Source of the DNA: Azolla caroliniana
Lineage: Eukaryota; Plantae; Polypodiophyta
Direction: 5' to 3'
NCBI GenBank assembly: GCA_043228905.1
Contig: JBHGNT010000002.1
Span: forward strand, 2,108,001-2,172,000
Length of the DNA: 64,000 nt
Part shown: positions 1 to 14,979 of the stretch, piece by piece
Numbering within the stretch: position 1 is the first letter of the stretch
Layout: every line of letters starts with the position of its first letter
Made by a program: the position numbers and the translations under genes
Notes under the pieces: generated by a model
Database searches by the model: none
Told to the model about the DNA's origin: nothing
Seen by the model: only the letters and a program-made list of their open reading frames with translations

Positions 1-3000
1 CAGCCAATGCAGTGCTCAAATATCTGGAGAACCTCTCATTTAATTCACATAACAGAATTAATAAGCCTTATCTTAATGTGAATAACTAGAAATTCATCTT
101 AATGTGACTAAGTAGAAATAATAAACTTTATCTTGACCTTACCTGTCCAAATTACTGCTTAGGAGCCCATTCAACAATGGCAAGAGCAAGGTACATGCTT
201 CTAGAGTAAACACTTCGCTCCTCTCTACTAAACAACTAAGTACATCTACAAGAACCTGATTGAACAATAGGAAAATGAAAGCGACCACATCAGTTATGCT
301 TCTTATCTTGTTAAAATTATGTAAATACGAATGGAACGTTTTAACGGAAATACCCACAGAATGATCTGCCATCTTAGCCATTGCCTCCACTGCACCTTTC
401 AAATCATTCTTTGTCCAGAATCGCCTTATAATCTGCAAGAATTCAAAACTTTGTAAATCACCATTATGGAAGACCAATCTTTTGCTTTTCCAGTACACAT
501 TCTCAGGACATATCATTTTCAATTTCGTCCTCCCTCCAGGCCTCCCTGTCTTACCGTTATTTAAAAGCTTAGACTTCAATTGTATTGTAATAATGATTGT
601 ATATCAGTTTCCGGTACAAGAAAAGGATGGGTATAATGCAGGATATGAACTAGCTACAAACTGGAATGAGATAATAAAAAATACAAAACACCACAAAAAA
701 TGACTAATGTATAAAAAGCTCATGCTTCAGCTAGTACAAACTTCATAATGGACTTACGCATCACATGGACAGAAGGATACTATGAAAACGTCCAGAAGGA
801 GATGCAGGCTTTCACAGAACTAAATCCTTCTCAGATAGACGAAGGTGAAAGGAATGTCTCTATACCCAAGCTCCGTCCATCAAACATAATGAATTGGAAC
901 CTAAACGCGGGAATTGTACCATGTTTAGGATATTTTTGACAATTGATGGATTCCTCATATATGAAACGTGGTCATATATATCGCTCATTTGCTTAAACAT
1001 TCTTTTATTTTTTGGCATGGTTAGGTATAACACTTATTTAAACAGAAACTCAACATGCATCTACTCGAACTAATTATAATCCAAAATGATTCATTGAGGC
1101 ATTATTTTGAATTGACGTGCTCCAGACACAGCCCAGCTGAAAGCTTCTCTTATTGGGGACGGGAGATTACCCTACATAGAATCCACACTCTACAGATGAT
1201 TGCTTGCTCACAAGTTGAGAATCATTGTCTTTCAGATGCATCTTTCACCGTTCCTCAAACTTTCACAGAACACAAATAGACCTTTCGGGGAAGGTCTGCA
1301 TTTCCAAAGCAATTTTAAAAGTACAGTAGCTAGAGCATGCACAAACCTGTAATTTCATGAATCTTGATTGCATTGTAATCACAAAGGAACTGTGCGGTTG
1401 CATTAACTGCTCTACAATATCACTGTCGTTTCCAATCATAATTGAGGATCCTTCCATGATGCCCTGGGTTCCTTTCTGATATACCACAGAATATAACATT
1501 ATGCTAAGAGGCATGAAGAGAACTTGAGATTTCATAGAGATTTTATTATTTTTTCATAATTGATTTATAGCTCTGAAATTTTTCAAAGGCTATAGCTAAG
1601 TCTCCCATGAGAGATTACATTAAAAAAGGTCATAAAAATCTAAGACTATAAATGCACTTCAGAAGATGCAGAACATCAAGCCTACGATTTGTTACATGTT
1701 CACTACAATGGGAGCCAAAATCGGTAAACAAGGAAAGGAATTATATTATCATTCATATCATTATGTTCAAAAGAAAGTTATGCAGGGGGAAATATTTATT
1801 TATGTCATTATTTCAGTCTGCAATTAGAAGCCTAGGAGTACTCATGTTAAGAGCAGATGATCTCACCCCATGTCCAGCAGGCATGTATATCATATCTACC
1901 GTTTCCTTCTTATCATATCCACTTGCCACAGAACGACGTCCAGATTCTATTGCACCTGAACACCACACCTAGTCATCATCTATGCTTTTCTTGAAATACG
2001 AGAACAATAAGCAACTTTACCTGCCAATGTAGCAACTTTTGGGCTAGAATATCGGTTCTCACTCCTTGTCCCATCATCATCTACAGGAAAAAAGCACCAA
2101 TCAATAACATTTAATATATTAGAATCTGCAATGTTACAGTTCTCATTTTATAAGGGACCAAAATTTCTAAATTATATTTCCCCCATCTCTGGTAAAGATT
2201 AAAGATAGATGCTGCAAAACATAATTTTTATTCATTTTCAGCCTCACGCACACAATACACATAATAGCAGTAACCTGCTAAAATGTTCATTATACACAGA
2301 AACATATAAGACCAAAAACTCAGCATGGAGAAGCACTCTACAACACGAAAGAGAAACAAGGACATGCCCATTGTTACTAGGATATCTTTGCAATAGCAAG
2401 TAATCATGTTTCAGATTTTTCATTTCTACTGAGTTTATTAAAAAGCTGGGTCAATGCCACAACATAACATTAAACTTTAAGTTCCACTACACATGTCAAT
2501 GTTAAATTACCAATTTATCGAACACAAACAATATACAATTACTAGAGCAGAGTCAGCTTACGAGCTTCATAGATATTGGGATACACAGTTATAATAATAA
2601 GAGCATATGCCAGAATCTACATAGAAGTCTAATTGTTCACTAATTACACCATCACCGATAGTATATTGAGATGTTGATCAATGCTACAAAGTACGATTTA
2701 ACTTAAAATTAAACTAGACATGCTGATGCTCAACATATTAATCCATCAGAGAGAGATACAATATACAATTACCAGATCAAAACCAGCTCTGCAGACATTG
2801 AGATGCAAAGTTAGAATTGTAATAGCATATGCTACAACCTACATAGAAGGCTGGTCAAAAACTAGTTTACAATATTTCTACTAGTATTCCCAGATCACCC
2901 TACAGCAGATACTGGGCATATAAGGCAAACCCCTTGAGCTTTGCAGGAGATACCATATGATTGAAACATTGTTGGGTCTTATCAGCCAGTTTGGCCTCTT

Positions 3001-6000
3001 TGAATACGTTACAAATTTCGAAATTAAGGTATGGATCCTCGGCATACTCATAGAGATTATGTTAAGAAGATTATGTTCACAAGCAATTCTATTGAAGAGA
3101 GCTTGACAATAAAAGCATGATTCAAGATGGAACCCAAGAATGTACAAAAGAAAGAAAGTTTTCAAGCGCTCTAACCTTGTTCATTTCATAGAGCATCAAA
3201 GACAGAGACAAAACAAATGTAGAATTTAGAAGCAACTTCCAGTTTGAGACTGCAGAACATTAGAGTAATGTAAAAAGTGGCAAGAGGGAACTTTGAGCTA
3301 CATGAGAGTTGTTATTAGTTAATTATTAACTTTAGCAGTTGTACACTACTCATGTGTGAGGAAGCATAACAATCCTGAAACTTTAATTATCATAATCACA
3401 TAGCTAAGCAAGATGGAATTGATTCAATATGCTGGCAAGGCACAAGGATGAAAACAGGGCTTAGTAATGAAAATAATACAGTAGATGTCAACAAAGTAGC
3501 AATATACCTCGTTGAGAAGATCCAAAGGAGTCGGTTCTTCTAAATTTCCCAGGTCCAATCCACTTGCCAGGCTCGTTTTCACCAACAATAGACACTCCAT
3601 CGTTTGGTGTTTCAGAACATAATAGATTAGCACCTGGATGCATTCTACCTCTGTGTGTGGGGCTTTTACGCCCGAGACTTCCTATTTCTGCACTTTGATT
3701 TCCATCACCAATGTTTTTTGAATTATTTCCTCTGCCTGAATCATTGATCTGGGCTGAGATAAGATGAAGGAGAGGTGCAGTGGAGCTGATTTCTACTGGC
3801 CTTACAACCACAGGTTCTGCTCCTGGTGTGTTTCTTGGGACGATAACTGGGGCTGCATCAATTTTATTCATAGGCTGCACAACAGGAGAAGCTTGCCCTT
3901 TTACAGCCCCTGACCTTTTTGATGCTAATGCATACGCTGAGTTTCCAGAAGAACCTATTGTAGACACTTTTGTAGAGCTTGTGCTAGTGACTCTGGACGG
4001 TGCACTCTCTGCAGCTGCAATCCCTTTTAACTTCAGTTCCCAATGTTCATACCTTCTAAACATGGGTGAATCACAAAATTTCAAGAATCTGTACAGCAGG
4101 GGATACTAAAGAACTTGGGCAGAAGAGGCTCTAAAATCACAACTTCTTTGCATTGTGAGAATTCCACGTTTGAAATTCTAAAAAACACGTCCTTGGACTC
4201 CTATCATTCTTATTTGGGAAGCATTTTAATATAAGAAAGCGTTCTTATTGTAAATCATATCCTGAGGAAATAGAGTAGCTGGGCTTCCTTGATTTGATCC
4301 CTTCCATACAATTACTATTTACAGTTGAAATCCGAAGTTGTTCACCATACAAGTTAAAAGGACGTTAATATGTTTTCCAATACTTACATAATGTGGGACT
4401 GAGCTTCAAATCTTTCATAGATGGTTGGGGAGACACATTACGAACAACACTACTACTCTTCAAGCTTCCATCCACCATCTGCTGAGTAGGCTGATTAATC
4501 ATAGATGTGCCATTCATTCGACCAGGAGCATATGGACCTACACACTGCAGCATTCAACAAAACTATGATTCTTTATTGATCAGCTTCCAGTGCAAGTGAA
4601 AGTAGGCATATTGGACATTAGAACTATTTACCGATAAGTCTACCACCCAGATGCCAACACAACTTTGATTGTATGAGCAGCCAAGTAGTTTTCCTTCATG
4701 AATATTAAGGTCACCGAGTTTGGACCATCCAACATCAACTATGTCATGGCATCGTAATGGCTCCCATGAAAAGACCTGGAGTTTTTATTCAATTATGATA
4801 ATGCAAACACCATTAATCTACAATAACTCGTAAAACACACCTTCATGTTCTCATGCAAACCAGCCAATAATGTGCGACCATCTGGATTGAATACCATGGA
4901 GCGTACACCAGAAGTCTGGACAATTAGAGAGATTATTGCATAAGAATGGACCTTTCCCAAGCTTCTAGTAAGATTAAGTATCAGCACCAAGATAAAAATA
5001 TTCTTGAGCAAACCTCAGGGCCAGCTGAACCAATCAACTCAAACGTCTCAAGGTCCCAAAACTTTACAGTTCTATCAGCAGATCCTGCATAAAAAGAGAG
5101 ATTATCTTAACTAGCTACTCACATGCATACAAGTATTGAACTACTTTCAGGTACTAATAAACAAAATAGGCCTACAAAAATGTGATATAAACTAAATATT
5201 CAACTTGAAAATAAAACCTTTTGATTTCACATATGATTGCTTTGAATTTGTTCTAAATTAGAAGCTGATTCAAACATAAAATTAGACACACAGAAATGTT
5301 AATGCTCTTGATAACTCCTTTATCAGTGATAGTTCTTTTCTCCCCAAATTGTTGGATTCTTGGTCTCTAATGAACACTTATGGATGGAGTTCTAATCTTT
5401 ATGTCATCTTCAAACCCAGGGATTGCCTGGCATGACAACCTCGTTGCTGTGTGTTTGTTCACACTTTCGTTCCAAATAATAATATGGTAATGAACACTGG
5501 ACAAGTTATTATGTCTTGGTTGGAGAGAGTTTTACAGTCCCATGTACTGTACGCATCTGAAGGAGTCAGTAATATGTATTTACAAATGTGTCTATTGTTA
5601 GGATACACTATCCCTCACACAAAACAAAAACAAATACCTCACTAATAATCAATTTAATAATGCTGGACAGAAGAATCCCCGTAAAGTGGACAATCTTGCA
5701 AGGACTATTTGTAAATATCATCTCTTGGAGTTATTTTCTCATTGAAGTAGATAATACACCAACCAACCAGTTCAAATAAGTTTATAACATATCTAAACCT
5801 AACCAAACATTTGAACAAATTAATATATAACATATATTTTTAACAAAGCTTTAAATTAACATTAATACTCTGAATTGTGGCTTATTAGGTATCCAAATAC
5901 TCAAACTTTGGAGATGGCAAAGACTTATCCATACTGGAATCTAACTTGATAATGAAACATTAGTAAACTAGTCCACTAAATTCAACTTCAAGAGGCATCA

Positions 6001-8496
6001 AATATGCCAACACAAGAAAAATCCAAATTGGAAGAATTCAGCAAGGCTACATAAGTATGCCTCTTTCGCTTTCATCGCTATCATAAATCCATGTTGAATC
6101 TTGTAGAGTGTTATTTATAGTGCACAGTCTTAATGACACTACATGCCTGCCTGAGAGATCAGATAGAATGAAATATGGTGTATAGTAGACATTCTTAAAC
6201 GGAAATCTTCCTGCATACAAATAGCTTATGGGGCAAAATACATATAATTGACTAGAATCTTTACAGTTTCCTGCATTGAAATGGCTGCAGTCAGATATGA
6301 ACTCTTGTCTGAGAAACAACCCTATAAAAAAGCCACAAAAGGGAAGCACACATACTACACTGCATGACCTAGCAATTATCAACAGCCTAGTTAAATCATA
6401 TCACATTTCAAGAAACAAAAATTCAAAGCGTACCTGTTGCGAGAAGGAATTCATGTGGATGAAAATCCAAGCAAAGGATTTGCCCTTCGTGATACTTGAA
6501 ATCGTGCATGAGTTTCCCAGCAGTCAAATCCCAGAGCTGGAATCAGTCAAACAATTTGAATCGGTAAGTTACCTACCTTTGGGTTAACAGATTAATGTCA
6601 TCAATTATACACTACGATATGAAAACTTTCACTCACTGAAATATAATTTCAAGCATGATAATACCAATGGTATATCGTGGTTTCTACCAAAAATAAAAAA
6701 TAGTAGCATAGGATATAGCGGGATGAAATGCTCACTTTGACAATGTTATCCTCTCCTCCAGACACTACCCATCGTCCATCAGGACTAAACTTGATAGCAT
6801 TCACACCTCGAGTGTGCCCCTTATATGTGTGGATGCAACCCTTCCGACGTATGTCCCAGATTTTGAGGTTTGTATCGAGTGAACCAGAGGCAAAAAATTC
6901 TCCAAATGGATGGAAATCCACCGATATACAATTTGAACGGTGACCAGTTAAGGTTCTCACAACTGCAAATGCGCTCCAAGAAGGCTTATCACTTAGGATT
7001 TTAGCCATTTCATATGCATTCTTCTCAAACAAACCAGAAAATGTTACCCAATGGAGAGCTTACTTTTCGCTTCTTCAAGATCCCATAGCTTGATGGTTCC
7101 ACTCGCCGCTCCCGCTGCAACCAAAGCCTCCGCAGTATCGAAGGTGACACATTCCACAGCACTAGAATGTCCAGATAAGCTCTGAAAAATGTGAAAATGT
7201 GAGTATATCCTCCACAATTAGATATATCACATGCACAAATGTAGAAAATAAAATCCTCCACTAATAGTTACATCAAATCTGTAAATGTAAGTATATCCTC
7301 CATATGTAGGTATATCAGATGTGCACATGTAAGTATATCCATCATATATCAATGTTTCCTAACATATGGCTTATTGGCTAAATTACTTACAAATCCCTTT
7401 CTTTTTTGTAAACTATGGGATTGTTAGGTAAGTCTCCTTTAATAGATACCCAAAAAGTTTCAAACTCCTTGAAAATTAACTGTTTCTCAAAAATAACTCC
7501 TATTATTTTTGTTTGAACATCCTTACACTCACATTTCACATGTGATATAGCTACCTAGCCGTGAAGGAGAATATAGATAATAACTTTGCCAAACAATTTA
7601 TATTCCATGTGTACATGGAGTTTCTTATTTCGCCATTTTACAACTACTGAGATCATCTCTGCCATTAGCTAAACCAAACGTGCAAATGTGGCTATATCTA
7701 CAATTACCAGTATTATGGAATCTCATATGTGACCATTCCAAAATGTCTATAGCTCAATATCAAAATATGAGTAGCTTCTTATTCCTAGTATTTGTTTTTC
7801 ATAGAATTGAAAAGACTTACCATAATAGCATTTGGACGCCCAATAGCCCACATATTAACTTTGTGATCTTCTCCCCCGGTGACAAGCACTCGAGATGTCT
7901 TCTTCCCAATCTTCAAGCAATTCACATTGCTCGCATGAGCAACAAACTCCTCTAATAGAACACACGCAACAAAATGATTTCAGAGCGCCATCAACATCAA
8001 AGCAGAACCACAACAAAAAATGAGCAAGATAATGAGAATTAACACTCTACTTGAAGTCAAAACAGAAAACAAAAGTAATGGCTTAAAAAAACAGAAACGG
8101 AAGCATACAAATAAAAAGAAGAAACAGAAATTCTCAACCTACTTGAGGAAAAGCAAAAAAGGCTCCATAATGAGGTATGAGAATCAGGTTTTACAGGGGA
8201 AGCAACGCTAAAAAATGGAACTAACACCCCACTTGATGAAAGTCAGAAAACAAAGAAAGAATGCGAAAGCAGAAAAGCTAAATGCAGTGACGGAAGAAAA
8301 CACAACGCAGAAATGCAAAAATGCAAGATACCAGAAAGCGGAAAAGCAGAAGGCACAAAAAACATAAAAACAAAACGCAAAGAAAGAAGCATAAGAACAA
8401 TGTAGTAGAAATCTTACGGAGTTTATATGCGCGCTTCATGGTAGAGGTGGAGGAAGAAGGAGAAGGAGTGGTAGCCTCCCTGCGAGGAGGGTCCAT
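1..8496 (-). CDS. KTN80: Katanin p80 WD40 repeat-containing subunit B1 homolog (3' end outside window)
   Basis: GT-AG exons with compatible phases: 8418-8496, 7821-7951, 7064-7181, 6736-6962, 6434-6536, 5014-5084, 4841-4915, 4632-4775, 4388-4544, 3508-4014, 2021-2080, 1867-1955, 1347-1475, 358-432, 143-255, <1-23. Translation gives [46 protein letters not shown]40 repeats ([47 protein letters not shown]), a low-complexity middle and the katanin con80 C-terminus ([41 protein letters not shown]). Middle exon boundaries are less certain. Confidence 0.93.
2528..2852. repeat. Diverged intronic direct repeat (two ~100-bp copies, ~230 bp apart)
   Basis: acaatatacaattac..agct...attg(g/a)gat..agcatatgc..ctacatagaag occurs at ~2528-2630 and ~2758-2852. 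Confidence 0.55.
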
Positions 8497-8630
8497 GGAT
8501 CCTGAAGGAGCCAGAGCTGTAAAGAAATTCTCAGCTATCGCGACGGGGCGATGCCGGTGGAGATAGATAGATAGATAATACGTGTATAGGAAAGGGGGAG
8601 GGGGGGAAGCGCGGACAGTACGCAGAAATG

Positions 8631-8655
8631 AAACCCTAACTTCAAAAAACCCTAA
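8631..8655 (+). promoter_or_regulatory. Two telo-box motifs (AAACCCTAA) in the katanin 5' region
   Basis: aaaccctaa at 8631-8639 and 8647-8655, ~140 bp upstream of the ATG. Function is inferred. Confidence 0.45.
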
Positions 8656-8762
8656 TTTGGGTATTCCCGGCAAAGCAGATCTGGAGATGGGTCTTCGATG
8701 GCGAGGGTGGAGGGGTTCGATTTGTGAAGAAAATGCACAGATACACAGACACAGAGACACAG

Positions 8763-8766
<4 letters not shown>

Positions 8767-8803
<37 letters not shown>
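8767..8803. repeat. (AG)n microsatellite upstream of katanin; a (TACA)n tract lies at ~8962-8988
   Basis: Seen directly in the sequence. Confidence 0.9.
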
Positions 8804-8809
<6 letters not shown>

Positions 8810-9282
8810 GAGAGGGAGACTTAACTCTATTTCATAAACTTTCAACAGCTTTTGAATCTCTTTCTCTCTCTCTCTCTTCTCTGCAGAAGAGAGAGAGAGA
8901 GAGATGTAGGATTTGAACCAAGGACCTTGAAGAAGGAAGGAGAATGCCAAAGTATTATCCCATACATACATACATACATACATACATACTTCTGATCATT
9001 TGCATTTTTTTTATCGTTGAAATTAAATGCGACTGTCCCGATCATTTGCATTTTTTGCCTTGTGAAGGAGGAGATCGGACATTCTGATTGTTTGTTATTT
9101 GGGGCTAGCCTGGCTAAACCCTCCCCGCCCCATCCATGGTGACGATCAAACTTAGGGCTCTCTCAAGCTTGGTCACTTCGAGAAAGGAGGGTAGGGAGGA
9201 TTTATACTTCATGTGTATGACAGTGGTTGTTACACGAATCTGGACAAATTAATTGCCCAGAGATAAGATTTAATATTCATGC

Positions 9283-9712
9283 CCACGTGAGATTAAACAT
9301 GATCTATGGATCAGCTTTCAGCCACCATGGTAGGGATCGAGCTTTGGATTAGATCCGATATGTATATATATATATATATCCATGTGAGATCCAGTGTGAT
9401 ATATGAATCGAGTTTAACCCTCGTAGTAGGGATCAAACCTTGGGTGTTCTCTCAACTTTGTGTTTTGGTTCGTGATAGCTTGAACCAAAAAATCTTGTAC
9501 TTTGTTTGCTCTATAAGGATCAGACTTTGGATTAGATCTTGTATATATATCCACGTGAGATCTAATATGATAAATGAATCCATTTTAACCCCCATAGAAA
9601 GGATCAAACATTGGGTTTTCTCTCAACTTCATGCATATTTTTTCCATTTTTCCAATGCGTGCTCCATCTTTCCTCGTTGGTTTGTAATAGCTTGAACCAA
9701 AATCCCTTACTT
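9283..9712. repeat. Diverged tandem repeat (~170-bp unit, 2-3 partial copies)
   Basis: Recurring cca(c/t)gtgagat, ggatca(g/a)a, ctttggattagatc, ttctctcaactt and tagcttgaaccaaaa motifs at ~9283, ~9380 and ~9551. Confidence 0.6.
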
Positions 9713-12700
9713 TACTCTATTTGTCTAGTAGCCTAATATTTGTTCCACTTTTATAATTTTACAAATTACAACTATGGATGCTACAACCAATAAGGAAGCC
9801 ATGAACGCCTTGTTGCAACAAATGACAACAACTTGCTCGTCTATGCCGATAGTTAGAGAACATAGCATCTCATGCATGTACATCTAGTTCCAACGTGAGA
9901 CTAAGAAAGCCTAAGATTAGTTTGCCACACAAATTGACAATGACACTCGATCTAAGATTTGGGAGATATGTTATGGGCATAAGCTTAGGAATTAATTTGA
10001 AAGCCTAAATTTAATGGTTTAAAGGTGGGGAAACATGTTTAGTGTTATGGGACAACTATGGAGTTTTGTATTCGTTCCTTGTTCTTCATTGGGGCATTGG
10101 TTAGTTACATGCACTTAAACAATACTTTCCTTTTAATATTTTCATTGTTGGGTTATCATTGATATTATACTATATTTGGTTATTATTAAGAACAAATCCC
10201 AATAGTTTCTCAAAACAAAACTCACTAGTTATCCAACTCCATCCTCACTATCCAACAAAACATGCATGAGTTGTTCTAGTTCATTGTTTTCTCATTGGTC
10301 TAGCTTTTGTTTAGTTGTCTCCTCTACTATAAACCTACATGGAGATATGTTTCCAAATGGAGCATCTCTACGACCACCATCAATATTCATGATCATATAG
10401 AATTTAAAGAGATATGTAATTATGAAAGAGATATGAGATTTGAGGGTTCCTCATAGACATTTTCATGGTAGAGAGAAAAAATTCTTGTGTCTAGCCAAAA
10501 AACTTTATGTTTTAATGTTTCCCCTTTCAATCCATGAGAAAAGATAATGATGATATACAATTGGTAGAGATAAATAATATAGACTCTAAAGCTAAGGAGA
10601 GCTTAACAATTTGATGACTATGACAAGAGGGTGAAGGAAGGGGGAGAAAGAGAGGGCTCCTAGTGTCTCCATTTCAATTGTCTTCTATCCTATGCTATTT
10701 ATAATGACGTAGACATTCAAAAATATAGTAAGTTGAGCATTTCGCCAACCAAAAGTCATATGAATGTAAACTTTGATGGCCTTCCCCCTTGATTTTCCCA
10801 TTATATATTAAAATTAGCCCGAACAACATTAATTATGTCAAAAAAAACAATGAGCATTACACATTAATCCTTACACTTTGTTCTAAACTACCTTCATCGT
10901 GGTATAGTGATATCACATGGACGTTAGTCATGGGGGGGGCTTACGCGATGGCAAAAGTTGATGGATCCCAATATCACACAACCTTGTGTTAAAGGCTCTG
11001 ATACGACGTAGAAGGAAACCAAAGGGGAGGCAATGTAAATTGGTAACATGGCAATGGTTGATTGATGACAAAGACCTAGGGGTTAGGCTATGGTTTCCTA
11101 CCAAACCAAGGACATACAATGCCTTTCCATGTTTGTATCTACCATTGTGAACTTGCTTTCAGTTTTACTATTGTCATATAAAATGCATTATTCGCCTAGG
11201 GAACCTGAATTCGTGCAACCACTTGTTGCAAGAATAATAAGATAATTCACAAATTATTGTGATGAACTCAATGTCAATGTGAATATTTTTAAGCGTAGAC
11301 CATTAACATGCTCATTGCATCATCCACGCACATAAATCGTAGAGTCAAAGAATGAATTCCATTTGGATTTAGATTCGTTACAATTAATTTGTTGGGCCAT
11401 AAAAGTGGAGATTTATGACGTTGTCCATTTCTTTTGTGTCACACAACTATTAACTGTTTTTTACTTCCACCCTTCCTTTAAATGTAAATAAATCATACTT
11501 TTCGTTCGCCTCATTGATGACTTGTGCACAACAAATTTATGACCCACTTTCATCAAAGAAGATGGTTGAATATGATGTCATTTGTCATTCAATTGCATCG
11601 TTTCACAATGTCAATGTCCTCTCCTATGACCATGAAACCTATATATGTGCATGGCCAAGTTATGTATAAACCTAAATATAAATTTGACCAATAATAGTTT
11701 TCAACACTCAATACTTACTCATGCAACACTTGCAAGTTGGCAAATGAATGATTTATGCATAGCCACATAAGCATACCCTAGTACGTGGTGTTAATATATT
11801 AAGGAAAACCCACAATTGATGACAAGCTTCGTAATTGCGGCCAAATTGCAACAAGTTCAAGTAGTAGAATAGTTGGTTAGTGCTCACATTTCTTATATCA
11901 CATAAGCATTTGCTTTTTGTGTGTTATTTTGTTTTATGGTATAGTATGTGTAAAATCTTCTTCACATAATGGTCGTTGAGAGAAAGATCATGACCATCTT
12001 TATGAGAATATTCAATTGTTGCATAACACTACATTGTCCAAATTAACAAGACAATGGAGAATTCTTGTTTTTATTATTATCAAGGTGTGTATCTCAATTA
12101 TTGATGTTAACTTGTCTTGATCCATTAACAAATCACATGGAAAAGATAATCCATGAAAATTCATGTGGGAGTTTTGGTTGTAGTCATAATCCCAATTGTA
12201 GATGTTTTGATTGAGCATGTACGAATCTATCGAACTTTTATATTCAAGTATCATGATTTTTATTGTCTACAACTGGTCGCAATACATTTTGGTTACTTGG
12301 GGACGTATTTGATGGCTTCCAAGGAATCTTGGTCCTCACATTGAATTGAAGGCAACAAATTAGAGCACAATTTCTTGCTTACTCTTGCAACCTATTCCAC
12401 AAATTCTCTGTTCAAAGGTTTTTTATGGTGAGCAGTCTACTATATACGACGTCTTAACACTTATTTAGATAGAGTTGGCACATAGGATTAAAAGCTCATG
12501 GGGGGATTCACTAGTTCCTTGAGTAGTTCTGTATAGTTGTATCGTCACATTTGGCACATGGGCTAAACAATGTTGGTACAAAAGTTTCTTATTGAGTAAA
12601 AAGGGTTGGATGAGCATATTAGTACAAGGGAAATAATAAAAAATTGTACCAATTGAATGAATTTGGAAATGGCGATGAAATGTATGAACTATTGATCAAA

Positions 12701-12959
12701 ATTGTACTATACAAATGCATGGGTTGTATCATTGATATTCTATTTCATGGTTGTTACATACGTAGCATACCGTGCGCGTACAATACGTATGCTACATATT
12801 TTATAAGTATTCTAAATTTTTTTTATAAGTTCTTAGAATACGTATTTAAGGTAAAATACGTTGAATATGTTGTTGAATACATCGAATACTTGAAACCACT
12901 GATGTTGAATGCAAAGATACTTGGAATTTGAATACTATATCATAAATACCAATTATCTT

Positions 12960-14979
12960 TATTGCCCATGAACCCTATAGACATAGGCACCACACGTAGA
13001 TCAAAGGATGAAGGTGCAGACACCACGAGCTTTGCCCATCATCTACTCGAGCTTGGCAGTCGGCACCGAATGGTCATATATAATGGTTTAGCCAAGTGGC
13101 CAGGCTCGGAAGAGCTCACATGTTTCCACATGGAGGAGGGGAAAGCACAATTGATTATCTAATAGGATGCCCTGAAGCTACCGACATGATTAACTCCTTC
13201 CGGGTGGCCCCATGCCCTATTGGCGTAGACCATAGTTTCTTATACTTCGAGCTAAAATGCAATATCTCTAACGTCACCAACTCTAGTGAACCACACCATC
13301 ACATCACAATACATTTCACACATGAGCTCTCTAACATCTACTCTCGACATGTTCAAGCCCATCTCTCCTCCCTTGATCCCTCCCTACCTTTAGAAAGCCT
13401 TAGTACAAAACTCACACACATCCTTCATTCCGCAACAGTTAACAGTTTCCCATATACAAAACACTCAAATCAAGGTAGATCAGGATCTATGCCACAAAAT
13501 AAATGGTATGATGAGGATTGTAGGGACTTACATAGACAACTTACAGTATCGCAACTCAGTGGTAGTATTACCTCAATACAAGCTCGCAAAGAAATGCGCA
13601 AGATGACACGTCGTAAGAGACGAGCATGGGAGGCATCCCAATATTGGGAACTCTACCATATGCTCATGAGTAACGATTGCACCACCGCATGGAAGAGACT
13701 GACTACGGGAGCCAAGACCCCAAACACCCATCGAAGATCCCGAGACCTGGCACACATATACCGAGAAACTTTACCAAATCCCAAACCAACCACCCATTCC
13801 AATGCCTTCTACACCCCGACCTACCACGGGGACACTTTTCACGACCTCTAGGGTCGTGAAGGTCATAAAGAAATTACAACATAGGAAGTCCATGGACCAC
13901 ACAGGATTGCGAGCAGAACACATTATATATGCGAGAGAGTGCCTAGCTCCCTTGCTAACTCTAATTTGATAGGCTTAAAAGCTTGAGGATACCATATGAC
14001 ATGGTCTAGGCCATCTACGCACTATATGAACAAGTGTCTGATTGTGTCCGATGCCCAGGTGGCCTATCCAATTGTTTCACTAGCACTATTGGTGTAAAAC
14101 AAGGTTGCCCCTAATAACTGACCCTTTTTGGGATCTACATTGATGAGATCACAAATTTTATTGCTCGTAAGGGAGGTAACGGAGTAGTCCTTGGGAATAT
14201 GCAGGTTCATATCTTGCTCTATGTAGATGACATAGTTTTGGTCTCAGAATTCGAACACGTCCTATAAAGGCACCTTAATGCCTTAGATGACTTTTGCGCA
14301 CAACGCCGATTGGTAGTGAATCTAGGGAAAACTAAAGTCCTTATCTTCCACACATTGGCCCAAGTTACAACTAAGTGTCACCTAACTATCTCCCATAGCC
14401 CGGTTGAGGTGGTTGGATCATATGTCTATCTCGAAGTCACTTTCAGTGCCCGCTCAGGTAAATTTTCGATGACACAGGCAACGAAGGATAGACTTACGAG
14501 AGGACATGCATCCGTTGCACTCCTAGAGAGACAATGCCACCAAGCAAACTTTCAAGAGCCACGGACTAAAGGGTGGCTCTTTGACTCGTTAGTGACCCCC
14601 TCCCTCATGTATGCATAAGTGGTTTGGGCTCCAAGAGTACCATCTTTCATGTGGACGCAATTAGAGAGACTATTGGTGATGATGTTATCATGCCAACTCC
14701 AAAGCAAATCGACAGCACCACATGACATTATTAGGGCTGAGTTCACTTTACCCCCAATGTTAGTAGAAACACTTTTCTAACTTGTAGTCTTTATTCACAA
14801 GATACATAGCCAACCACATGATAGAATATCTTATCAAGCCTTTAAGGCCTCTCGATCATTGTATGAGTCCGGCTATACTAGCTCATGGTATGGCATGATG
14901 GTGAGTTGGCTTCTTGCAAATGGTCTAGACATTAATAACCTACCTCCCCTTAGGTACAACCACACGATTGATAACACTT
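12960..14979 (+). mobile_element. RTE/RTEX-like non-LTR retrotransposon, 5' part (endonuclease end plus RT), decayed and split by the copia insertion
   Basis: APE-type endonuclease C-terminal motifs (GGESTIDYL...VDH) and NKWYDEDC. RT motifs GVKQGCP (~14091), LLYVDDIVL (~14215), VNLGKTKV and SYVYLEV. Contains stops, frameshifts and an apparent internal deletion near 13965. Confidence 0.8.

Noticed and set aside
8020-8983. Several K/R/E-rich or L/S-rich ORFs around the katanin start
   Set aside because: They are products of A-rich intron sequence and (AG)n microsatellites. Only 8418-8496 fits the spliced katanin model.
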